Made by a program: the position numbers and the translations under genes | Assembly (NCBI GenBank): GCA_964016885.1 | Contig: OZ024745.1 | Coordinates: 40,672,001 to 40,736,000, forward strand | DNA length: 64,000 nucleotides | Direction: 5' to 3' | Origin: Eledone cirrhosa | Taxonomy: Eukaryota | Notes under the pieces: model-generated | The model's database searches: none | Seen by the model: the letters and a program-made list of their open reading frames with translations, nothing else | Told to the model about the DNA's origin: nothing | In this document: positions 23,996 through 36,155 of the stretch, in pieces | Layout of the letters: every line of letters starts with the position of its first letter | How positions within the stretch are numbered: the stretch's first letter is position 1

Positions 23996-25084
23996 CTGAA
24001 ATAAGGTAACATCTACAATGACGTCTCGCAATAGATTAATTATGCTTGAAATACATCATATGTATCGACTTCGACCCTATGACTACACGAGTTTAGGCGA
24101 AAAGACTACGTGATATATGGTATTTTTGTAAATTTACTGACAATAAATTAAAACATGTTGTAGCTTCCATTTATTTGCTGGTGGGGATTTGAACTAGAAA
24201 ATTATGAAATATGATGGTATTTTGGAAAAGATTGATTACTACATTAAAACGTAAATCTTTATATTAATGTAGACACTATTAGGAAATATAATATGAGATA
24301 TTGTTTTTCTTTTCAAATATAGTAATTATTTTCGATCGAACTTTTATAAAAATTATTTTGTCGTGTAGAAACAGTCATATACATAGACAAATACATATAA
24401 ACACAAACAAACACAGATATTTAATCACACCAGGAATAGTATTGGCTGGACATCGATGTCGTCATGGCCACCTAACGTTCTAGACATGTTATCAGTAGGA
24501 GTAATCTAATGCAAGATGGTTTTTTAATGAAATGTTTGTAAATCAGGACGTCACGACTGATGGAAATGAGGTATCGCAGGTAAGTGGCATCGTTGGCCGA
24601 TTGAACTTTCCACTTTGACAAAACCTTCTGACATTGGAAGCGAGACGAGGATATGCACAGTTAACTGACAACAATCCCTATTCTAATTTAGATGTTTTCC
24701 TATTCTGAACGACAGTAAATATTGCTAGATTTAATTTCGATAAAACCAAGTCCTGTTAGAGTTAGACTATACAAAACTGCTTTAAAAAATTAGGTTTATC
24801 ATTAAGCAAGTAATACTTTTCAGGGAAGTATTTCTTTATATTTTCCATTTAAAGGCGTGATCAGTTAAGAGAAATTGTCCAGGAAATAATAATTGAAATA
24901 AATTACTGTCTGTGACAAGGTTTGTTGTATTTTTCTTTCGCTAGCAAGTAGTATATTACGGCTTTTATGTGAAATCGTGGGGTCCAGAAGATGATACAAG
25001 TAGGCAATTTGGCGTCTTTCTTTCTGGCAATATATCCTACACGAAATCATTTTGCTTTGCTAATGATTTTTAGGGTGTCACGAA

Positions 25085-25122
<38 letters not shown>

Positions 25123-25124
<2 letters not shown>

Positions 25125-26362
25125 TAGGTTGGCTCTTAGCAATAGGTAATTTTCGGAAAGCGAAGACTTTGCTGCTTCGCCACCCCTAATCCTGTTTTGA
25201 TCAACAAAAGCACGGGGTCTGCAAAACTGCAGCTCAATCGTAAAACTGTTAGGTGACCCTCAAATGCCTTGGAATATACTATACGCAACGATTAATTCTG
25301 TTCAAAAGCGGTATACTGTTCCCTATCTTGACCATTTTCTTTTTTCTTCTGAGAGAAATTAATGTGGACACATCCAGGCAAGACGAGCAAATGTTGAAAA
25401 ACTTCCTGAATCAAATATACCAATAGTTAATTTGAAAAATTCCTGAAATAACTTGAAAAACTTAAGAAGTATTAGGGTTTCTTAATAAAGTACACAACTT
25501 TATAAGAGCAACGCATTTTTATTTACAACAATAATTTTTATAGAATCAACAACATAATGTGAATACTGAACACTGAATATCGAACATTATTCTTGCATAA
25601 GAGAGGATTTAGTGGCAGTTGGGTATGTTTTACGGTTTTCGGTAACGATATGTAAAAAAATAGTTTCTCAGTTTCATCATTTATGAGAATGTTATTGTAA
25701 TCCTGAATGTTATTGTCTTCGCAAGATTTTCAAGTCTACTTTTGAAACCAGGATCATGCTTCCATGTTGAAGGGTCTTTTTCGAGAAAATCGGTGCTAAT
25801 AGAATATAGCGAGAAGAAAGTTTTTTATACAAAAGACGAAAACTCAATGTTTGTAAAGACATTTCGTGCAGAATTTACCTCTTCATTTGATTTTTTCTTC
25901 CTTTTTTTCAGCCTTGTCTGCTTCCAGCATAACTTGAGCAATATTTGCCTTAGCATCTCCTTGCCCTCCTTGCTCTCCTTGTTGTCATTGCTCTCATTTG
26001 TTCATTGCTCTCTTTTTCTCATTTTTCTTCTTGCTCTCATCTTCTTATTGCTCTCCTTGCTCTCCTTTTATCCTTGCTCCCATAGCGAAAAATAATTGTT
26101 TGCCCCATACTTGCGCTCTGTCCCATGTTTGCAAGTTTCCTTCCCTATTATATTTATTGTCATTTATTCTTCTAATACCAAAAATAAATCTTAACAACTT
26201 TTTAAATTAAGAGAAAATTATATAAGAGATAACAAATATTTATCTGAAAAACTGACTTTCAGGGTTGATGAGAGTCGGCTTGCCGTTGTCCGCTTGAGCG
26301 GAACAAGATAGAGGGGTGACAGGTAAACTTTTAGAAAGTTGAAAAATAAGGGCCACCCTAAT
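25123..26362 (-). mobile_element. Deleted TIR DNA transposon with transposase C-terminal remnant (superfamily uncertain, possibly Sola2-like)
   Basis: Imperfect TIRs ATTAGGTTGGCTCTTA / TAAGGGCCACCCTAAT with ATAC on both sides. Minus-strand peptides FFSLYSISTDFLEKDPSTW and QDYNNILINDETEKLFFLHIVTENRKTYPTATK (~25600-25870) resemble a widespread transposase C-terminus. Confidence 0.65.
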
Positions 26363-26392
26363 ATACATATTTATAAATATATATACATATTG

Positions 26393-26507
<115 letters not shown>

Positions 26508-26524
26508 GGGGGGGAAAGAGAGAA

Positions 26525-26590
26525 AAGAATGAAACGAAATTTCATTTCTCACTCTTAGTACGGCAGATACTTAAATGTAAGTAAGTATGT
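26525..26590 (-). mobile_element. Retrozyme-like repeat, locus 2 (3' terminal fragment)
   Basis: AGAATGAAACGAAATTTCATTTCTCACTCTTAGTACGGC is shared with 14140, 51880 and 52320. Confidence 0.8.
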
Positions 26591-26595
26591 ATATA

Positions 26596-27600
26596 TGTCT
26601 CGGAATGAAAAAGAGTGCGCGTTATAGCGTACCTTAAAAGGGTTAGAGGTAGACCCGATATAAGAGCTGGTATTCGAAGCAGTCTCAACTGTGTACCTAT
26701 AGACTATGTTGGGTGTCAGGCAGTGTGCATTTAATGGGCATGCATTGGGGTACCGGCAGTTGCGGTTGCTTCTGCAGTTAGCGAGACCCTAGCAACAGAT
26801 GTTCGACATCGCTAGCTAGGCTCATTAAAAACCTTAAATTAAACAAAGTTCAACACTCACTAAAATGGGATATCGTAGCTAGGGTCCAACCGTTCAATGG
26901 ACGAAGGAAATCTTGTGATCTCTGTGTTACGGAAGCGTATTACATAACTCTATCAAGACCTCTACCAATTAACGATAGAACGGAGGTAACCATTAGCTGT
27001 CAACATCGAAGGGCTAATTCCTTCGCCAATAGAGTTTTTGACCCAACTTAGTCATGTAGCCCCATCTCTAATTGTAGCTAATAAGTTAAATTGATATGAA
27101 CAACTCGATAATTATAAGTTACCTCCCCTACATTGTCTCTCAATTAAATAATTTAAATACTAGCACATAACTATAAAATACACACAATCTCTAATCTCTC
27201 GAGAAGTTACTTCCCCTGAAACCACCCTCTAATTAGTAAGGTAAATATGCCCTTTGGCAGCCATCTTGTTACCCATAGGCAGATCTCACACAATGCAGCC
27301 TCGACAGATGAGTACTGCTTGATTTTGGCTGACAGCTGATGAAACAAAGGCACCATAGTAAAAACTAATATATGGAACATTATATTATGTAACATTATAT
27401 TAATTTATATTCCTTTGAGTTCCGATGAGCCACTCTGTTTTTTAAATGTGTTAATTATTTTCAACTGAACCAGATCAATTATGATACATAGTCATCTGAT
27501 CCAGAAATATTATACGGAGCAGCGAAACAATTGTAAACGGGTATTATTATTATTAATATTATTATTATTATTATTCTCTACATTCCTTACATCAAACTAA
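26596..27600 (+). mobile_element. Second Naiad-type PLE 3' fragment with inverted 5' part (GIY-YIG split across strands)
   Basis: Minus strand 26596-26790 encodes NCRYPNACPLNAHCLTPNIVY..SYIGSTSNPFKVRYNAHSFSFR. Plus strand from ~26793 encodes CSTSLARLIKNLK..WDIVARVQPFNGRRKSCDLCVTEAYYI..INDRTEVTISCQHR. A hammerhead-like motif lies downstream. Confidence 0.85.
27419..27538 (+). ncRNA. Hammerhead-like motif with long stem II insert (pLTR of the second Naiad)
   Basis: CCGATGA-GCCACTCTGT...ACGGAGCAGC-GAAAC-AATT-GTA; U4>C change. Confidence 0.6.
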
Positions 27601-27848
27601 ATATGTTGACAATCTTTTAATAATGTCTTCCTTGTGAAATTTGTGGTCTTGTTTTGCTTAACTAATGAATATTTCCAGCTCTGCGCACCTAACCTCTGCA
27701 TGAACCCAGCCACCTAGCTGCTTTCTACTGCATATCGCACATTGAGCACATGCCTTTACGCTTTGGCTTCTGACTAACTCACCAATCTTTCCTCTCATAT
27801 CTCCTCTACTATCTCAATCTCTCTCTTTAAGATTGGGTACTATTGAAC

Positions 27849-27901
<53 letters not shown>

Positions 27902-27953
27902 AGTAAGTATGTTTTGAAACAGTGACCAGGTTTGAAATTAGAAGATAGAATAG

Positions 27954-28126
27954 CCTTCACCGTATTTCTGACTAAAGGAATTTTAGCCTGATAATGGAGT
28001 TTAGAACCCGCAGATAAATGGAAAGGGATGAGTATTGTACGTCAATACTCATCTTTTTCCATTTATCTGAGGGTTCTAAATCCCATTATCAGGCTAAAGT
28101 TCCTTTAGTCAAAAATACGGTGAAGG
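27954..28126. repeat. ~170 bp near-perfect palindrome
   Basis: CCTTCACCGTATTTCTGACTAAAGG...GATGAGTATTG-TACGT-CAATACTCATC...CCTTTAGTCAAAAATACGGTGAAGG. Confidence 0.9.
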
Positions 28127-28146
28127 ATATATATATATATATACAT

Positions 28147-28754
28147 ATGGTGGCTGCCAACTCGTTTTCGAGTACGGCCACTACTTCATATCTATGTAGG
28201 AGAACCCCTACCGATGCGCTGAACGAGTGTGACTTTTTAGTCCAGCCAGCGACTTGAAAACTGGCACAATCACTACACTTGTGACAATTATTGACACATA
28301 GTGTTGGGCCCATGGTACCACGTGATGACAAGTGCAGAGAGAACTCCAGATATAAAGCAATGCCTGTGCCGTGAAGCTTTTATAGTGAGCAAAGGCAATG
28401 CACAAAGCCAGTCCCACTCTCTTAACCAAGATGATATTTACCAAAAAGAAGAACAAGTCAACATCATTGGATACCATCAGGGTTGCAGGGGTTATATCAG
28501 ACTTTTCCTTCTCCTAGAATTCTGCCTTGACAAAGGCTAAGGGGTCATCTCTCCCGGTGATTTTAGATGGCCATTGACTCTAAGAGCTCCTTTGCCCTTT
28601 TGACAGGTTTTGTTTTTAGTCCTGTAGGATGTCCAAAGTCACCCTCCTCACCAAGAAACCTTGGTGGGGTTGCCAGTTTAGTCGCCAACGACCCGACCAT
28701 GAGACAGGTTGTACTGGGATACATGTTACCAGTAGCACCAACTGGTGACTTGAC
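28147..28754 (-). mobile_element. Bipartite non-autonomous RTE derivative (5' UTR plus zinc-finger/3' end)
   Basis: Minus strand carries RTE-like 5' UTR motifs (AAAACAAAACCTGTCAAAAGGGC, CTAGGAGAAGGAAAAGTCTGA), then a HKCSDC / FKSLAGLKSHTRSAH finger remnant and the same 3' tail as 339-423. Confidence 0.75.
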
Positions 28755-28798
<44 letters not shown>

Positions 28799-28887
28799 GT
28801 CTCCTCCACCGTTCAGGGGGGGGGGGGTTAATCCCAGATATAGACTAATTCTATTTAGTCAAATACGGTGTAAATACATGTCATCAC

Positions 28888-28960
<73 letters not shown>

Positions 28961-30200
28961 CAATACTCTTAAATTGCTGTTCTACTATATTGATAGCATA
29001 TAATATGAGAAAACATCGCTTGCATCCGTTTCTGTACGTCACAATTCATAGAACGTTACATATAAACTGCGCTTGTATACATTTAAATCTATATATCAAA
29101 GTTTAAATATCAATGTTTAGACATCAGAATCACCATATCAAATTGAAATTGGAATCCCATAATGAATTAATAACAGGAATTAAATAAACAAAGTAAATGA
29201 CCTAATACATTCCATATATCAATTTAGGTTCAATTAAATTTTATGAAATACGATGAATGTAAACTTACATGATTTAACATTTCACCAATTAATATTTTAT
29301 ATTATTTGTTCTTATATACTTTGAAAATAATATTTTAAATAAACGCGTAAACGATTATATAAATAGATTTTGCAGTTTTATTTAAATTTCACCTCAAATT
29401 GTTAATTTCCTTGCTGATTATTTTTTAACTTGCAATATGTACATTAAAAAATCATACCGAAACACAGAAACACATAACGATTTAATATATTAACAGAAAT
29501 TATCTAGTCACTCAAACAACATCCCGTACTTATCGTGATTTCAAGATTGGGGGATACTTGTTAAATGACAAATGTAGCAAATAGGAATAGATACAAAACA
29601 TGTGAAATTCAAAAATTCATACACAATTAATTTCTTTTACATTATGAAAATATGCACATACTACAGATATTATACTTGTAGCTAAATATTTTTCTAAAAA
29701 ACCTTCACTTGGATCTAATTATTTATCTACTAATTTATATCCAAAATTGATTACAATCTATTTCTGTTTTGCATGCCCCTGAAATGTCATTCTACTGCAT
29801 CTCCCGGCGACTTGGTTAAATATATTGCTAGAGAAAACAATAAGTGCAATAAATTACTTTACTGAACTTTATCTAGAAGATTGTGCATAGATTCAGTATA
29901 AGACAATAAAATCATACCTCAACCTTTTTTCATTCATATACACAAAGTTAATTTAAACTAATTATTTGTACAATATGTACTTAAGGCAAAAAAAAAATGA
30001 ACTTCAATAGAGAAATTTTCTTAACTAGACAAAATGGTTAAACAGAGAAAAACATATATACAGAAACGTTTAAAAAATTAGTTTGAGAAAATATATTACG
30101 TGCATATAGAAACAATATGACAAGAGAAATATTGTTGAAATAATTAGTTGATTAAATTCAACAATCCATGCCATGCTTCTAGGACATTATTTAAAATCCT

Positions 30201-30393
30201 AGGGCGGTGGATTGGCAGTATCGGTAGAGGGTCAAACGTCATGCTTTGCAGCAAAGAGTTACGGCCCTTTATGATCTGAGTTTAAATCCCGCTGAGGTTA
30301 ACTTTGCCTTTCATCCTTACGGGGTCAATAAAATAAAGTACCAGTAATGCACTGGCTAATTCCTGGCCTTGTGCCAAAAGGAGAAACAATTAT
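30201..30393 (+). mobile_element. tRNA-derived SINE with target-site duplication
   Basis: SINE consensus flanked by repeated TTTAAAATCC. Confidence 0.9.
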
Positions 30394-31959
30394 TTAAAAT
30401 CCAATAATATTCATATAGAGATATATGCCACAGATCAATACATTTAGAGTTGATTAGTTATTATTCCAACTACCAGCTCAACCATCGGTGACTACGCAAT
30501 TTTGAATTTAATTCTAAATAGCGATCTATGTTAGCAAAGAGAACACCTCTGATCAATTCTATAATTGGAAACTGGCTTCCAGCTGGGCCACAGGACAACT
30601 AGTTACTTGTCTAACACGGTATCGTTTCTTTCCATAATATTTATCGCTAAATACAAGTTACAGTAGTATATTCAATACATAGTTGTTGATATGAACATTT
30701 AGTGTTGAGTTATTAAATGAATAAAGCCTCATCGTGGTCTTCAAAAGAGAGAAACTTCTGCTGCTTGAATAGTTCCCACATTCTAAGTTCATTGTTTTGT
30801 ACAGGTTTCAATACTAGAGTTAACAAGAATGTTATATACATATAAGCTGGTTTGATAAGCATATGAGTTTTCTTTATCTTAAGGTACGTTAATGTAATCC
30901 CCGCTTTACTCAATACTGATCCTTATTCGATTTCCATATTTGTATTTGTAAGCTTCTCTGAATTATATTCTAAGCGATCAAATTTACTGACTTATTTTTA
31001 AATATATATAAATATATATCAATATATATAAATATATATAAATATATATATAATATGTAAACGTTTACTGCATATTAATAGTTCGACAAAATGAGACAGA
31101 TGAATAAAGCATTGAATTGAAAACGTTGATGTCTGGGAAATGATTAGAAGTTACATTATGTATTAATATTTTTTTTATGATAAATACAAACATATTCAAC
31201 GTTTATACAGAAAGGACATAGAGTATTTAATGTGGGAGGATCTTTGAAGAAATACTTATTTTCAGGATTAAATATAGGGATCGAAGCCACGATTTTGTGT
31301 CTGGAATGTGAACAGTCTATAGTTGCATCATTAATATTATGTTAGACTGTTTGTGTGTGTAAATCTTGGTGATGCAGACGAATGTAAATATATAAATATA
31401 ATAACAGGCGTGGCATATTTTCCCTTCAACATCTGGTAAACCGCTCCCATATGAAAAAGACAGTTTTCCAATTATAATTCTTCCATTACATTTCTTGTGT
31501 AAAACGAAGGAAAAAAAGTATATTGTTATAAATAAATATAAACAATGTATTATATACGATTTTTTATGACTTTCCAATAGTTTTCAAATAACTAGGAATT
31601 TATTTACATAAGTACATCGTAGCACTACACAATTCTAACTACACATTTTGTAACATATGTTTCTATAATGTTTTGGTGTTGTTGTTGATGATGCAGTCGT
31701 TGGTGTTTTTACTCTGATTGGCTTTGTTATTTCCTTATTTCACCGCAATTGCAGATGCTCTGTAATTTTATGACACTCCAATGATAAATACAAATAATAT
31801 ATCTCTCTAACTTTATGTGCACAAAGACTTCCTCAAACACAAACACACCTATACACACACACATACACTCACACACGCACACACATACATACATATATAT
31901 ATGTATATGTGTGCATATATATATGCATATGTCAAACACACGCACACATGGACACAGAC

Positions 31960-32060
<101 letters not shown>

Positions 32061-32122
32061 AGTGCTTTTATATCAGTTATAAATATTTACTCGTTGTTAA
32101 CCCAACAATTTAAATAAAACTT

Positions 32123-32165
<43 letters not shown>

Positions 32166-32258
32166 TTGTGTATAATCGTAGCTATGGCGCTTCCATAGGC
32201 GGTATGCCAAAATTACCACTCAATATTCAGCAGAGTAGAGTGTAAATAGTATAAAGCA

Positions 32259-34109
32259 AACGAAAAATCAGTGATGCATCTGTACTCAATTTATTGCGTG
32301 TTGCAATTGTTTCGCCGGCAGGTAGCTCGAGACATGGTCACTGTATGGATCTGGGTGATTCTACGGTTGCAGGTTCCTTCAGACACGGATAGTTCGTTCG
32401 GAGCAAATTTTATCACTGGCGTGTTATCATCAAAAAACACCCCCCAAAAAACGTTTTTTATTTACCGTTTTTTATGTATCTATCTGTGAAGTTACATACA
32501 GATTTTAATGTATTCTAAAATATTGTAAATTTATTTTATTTTATTTTATTATCCTATTGTGATTTTATTTGGGTGTTTTTATGTGTGGACCTGTGCATAG
32601 GTATATGTATATGTATGTGTATGTAGATATATATATATACGTGTGTGTGTGTGGGGGGGTATATTGGCATGTGTACGTATATGCATGAGATTATGACCGC
32701 GTATGTGTGCATGCATGTACATGTATGTACGTATGTGGCAGAATGTGTGTATATATATATATGTAAATATATATATATGTATATTTGTGTGTGTGTTTAT
32801 GTACGTATCAGTATGTGTGTGTATCTGGGTGCGTAAGTGTATATATGTATGTGTGGGTCCGAGTGTATGCATATGTGGGCCTCTATATATGTGTATGTGT
32901 GTTTGTGTATACATGTATATGTTTATGTACATCTCACAGGAATGTGTACGCATGATTATATATGGTTTATATATACATTTTATTACTATTATTATTATTA
33001 TTTTATCATATATCCATTGTATATATCCGTATATGTATGTATGAATGTGTGTGCATGTGTATATATGTATATATATATTATATTGTATATAATATTGATA
33101 TTTTATGTTATGTTAGTTTACCATTATTATATGGTATATTGTGTTTTTTATTATATAATGTATTTTTAATTTACGGTTTTGTTTATATATGTATATGTGG
33201 AAACATGTGTGTGTGAGGAAATATGCATTTGTAGATGTGTCTGCATGTGGCCGTCCGTGTGCGTATGTATATGTAGATGTATATATGTCTGCATGTATAT
33301 ATTTATGTATATTTGTGGGTGTGCGAATGCAAGTAGTGTATTTTGTATATCTATATATATGTGTGTGTGTATGTAATTTTGTGTACGTATGTGTATTTTC
33401 TATGTATGTGTGTGCATGTATATATATATATGTGTGTGTATGTATATATGTGTGTGTATGTGTGTATATATATATATGTATATAAGGTTGTGCGTAGGTA
33501 TGTGTGCGCGCGTATGTGTGTGCATATGTGTATGTTTGCGTGGGCCGTGCGTGTCGGAAGGGATATATGGCGCAACTTAAGCAGGCGTTAATAGGCTTGT
33601 GGCGATCTGTATCTAGAAGTGGGTGTGCCTGGGTCTGTGGAAGTGAGGGAGAGTGTGTGTGTGTATATATATATATATGTGGGGGGGGGTCTATGCATGT
33701 AGGCGTAAATATGTGTATGCACGCATGTGTCTGTGTCTGCCTGTGTGTGTATATGTATGTGTGGGTGCATGCTCTGGAGTCTGAACAGTCGAGTGCGATA
33801 CCGAACCCAGCATGACTCCATTGAAGTGCGTCGGACGGAAAATGGCTGATGACCCGTGTAGCAGTAAATAGTGACCATAACTTAAGATTGCGTGGAGTAA
33901 CAACAGCCAATGGCATGACAAGAGTGGAAGAGGTTTTTGAGGGTGTTTTTGATGATAACACGCCAGTGATAAAATTTGCTCCGTACGAACTACCCGTGTC
34001 GGAAAGAACCTGCAGCCGTAGAATCAGCCAGATCCATACAGGGACCATGTCTCGAAACAATTGTAACACGTAATGAATTGAGTCCAGATGCATCACTGAT
34101 TTTTCGTTT
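32259..34109 (+). mobile_element. PLE-derived non-coding element bounded by inverted pLTR-like copies
   Basis: 32259-32451 is the reverse complement of ~33933-34109. The arms carry a degenerate hammerhead GTGT-CTGAAGG...CGAAAC-AATT-GTA-ACAC (composite of the two arms). The interior is mostly degenerate TG/TA repeat. Confidence 0.7.
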
Positions 34110-34112
34110 TCT

Positions 34113-34159
<47 letters not shown>

Positions 34160-35410
34160 GTGTATATATATATATATATATGCGTTGGTGTGTGTGTGTG
34201 TGTGTGTATGTATATGCATATGTAACGAAACTCACGCACACAAACACAGACACACTCATATACATATATATAATTCAAGTGAAAAGACATGTATTTATAC
34301 AGAAAGAGCAAGTCATCGGTTAATAAACCCATGGTATTTTGTGCATATAAATAAAGCACACAATATTCTATTCATGAAAAATTTCAATTATGGTGGAAAC
34401 ATCTTTATTTTCCGTACTCTGCCCTTTCGTAAACCAAAAACATTGATCTACGTAATCAATTATCGATTACCAACTATCGATTTCGATAAAGCTACGGAAG
34501 ACGCAAAACTAATGACGAGAGGAATTTTAAGGAAAATAAGGTTATTTTCCATCTTAAAGTATGTAATTTTTTAACGCTTGTTATACTAGGAATAAATTTT
34601 AAAATTCTGGACTTCACCAAAGTATACTCTGAGAAAAAATTTGAAATACAACAGTGTGAGAAGAGAAAGGAACGGGGATACAACTTTTTAGAACCCCCCC
34701 CCCCCCCCACACACATATATATATGTATATATACATATATATATATTAGGCAATGATGATATATGTATATATATATGTATGTATGTATGTATGTATGGTG
34801 TGTAGTGAGAGTTACTCTAGACAATCCAATGAAATCTACTAGCAACGGCATTGTGAAAATAAAATTGGAAAATATGTATAGGTAATTGCATTTCTAAACA
34901 TATTTCAGATACTGTTTCCAAATATCTCAATAGATAATTCAAACTTTCAGCATTTCTTTCATCAGTATTCTCAACTTGCCATATCCACAAATTATTAACG
35001 CAGTGTTAAACGTCTCCTACAATTGCGTCAATCTGAAAAGCAAATCACTAATGCTTACCAAACATATACAAATGTTCATGTTTTTTGTTCTGCTATAAGT
35101 ATTCTGGATATTTTATAATATCTAAGTTCTCATTCAAACTCCCATGCCGTCTCATCTTTACCATCATACATAAATGCAGGGAAAAAAACAAAGGCAAATC
35201 ATTTGTGTTTTAGTTTTATCTCTTGGGAATTTTTGAATATATTTTTATGCATAAACGAAACCTAGTTTTCACTCCAGTAGGTGACTTAAAAGTCTAATCT
35301 AGCTGGAAGCTCTGCGTCACGTTTAAATGCCAAGCTTTAAGCTTTACCCGCGTATTTCATAATGTACATATAACAGTTGTATTAAAGTTAGCACTTTAGT
35401 TATACATATA

Positions 35411-35488
<78 letters not shown>

Positions 35489-35620
35489 TATATATATGCA
35501 TGTTCAAATGTGTACATATCTACATGTTATACCATTATACATTTAGTGATATATATTTTATATATATATAAACATATATACATACAAATAGGATATATGT
35601 ATGCAAGCATATATAGGTGC

Positions 35621-35668
<48 letters not shown>

Positions 35669-35983
35669 GGAGAGAGGGGGGTAAAGAAAAACAGGGAAGA
35701 TAAAAGAAACGAGAAAGATACATTTGGGAATGCAAAAATACAAGAGTTGTATTACTCTTGGCTTTGAATATATTTTTGTAATTCTGGCTGTTGTTGAAGG
35801 ATGATACCCTTCACGCATTCATATTGGGTCGTATCCTAAGTTTGTATGTATCCACCCCTTGTCAAAAACAAATATTACCGTATTTTGGTATCGCGTACTG
35901 CAATGTCGGGGAAGGCTGTGCGGATCATTGTATAAACATGAAAAAGTGTTTCCTTCTATACCTATCACGACAAAGATTTGTAG

Positions 35984-36155
35984 AATAATTGTTTCTACTT
36001 TAGGCACAAGGCCAGCAATTATTACTGGTACTTTATTTTATCGACCCCGTAAGGATGAAAGGCAAAGTTAACCTCGGCGGGATTTGAACGCAGACTGTAA
36101 AGGGACGTAACTATGCTAGAAAGCATGGCGTCCAACCCTCTACCAATACTGCCAA
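35984..36155 (-). mobile_element. tRNA-derived SINE
   Basis: Reverse complement of the SINE consensus. Confidence 0.9.

Noticed and set aside
24548-24586. Plus-strand CAG|GTAAGT donor with a possible 33-nt micro-exon
   Set aside because: Weak acceptor, no supporting neighbouring exon, and expected by chance.
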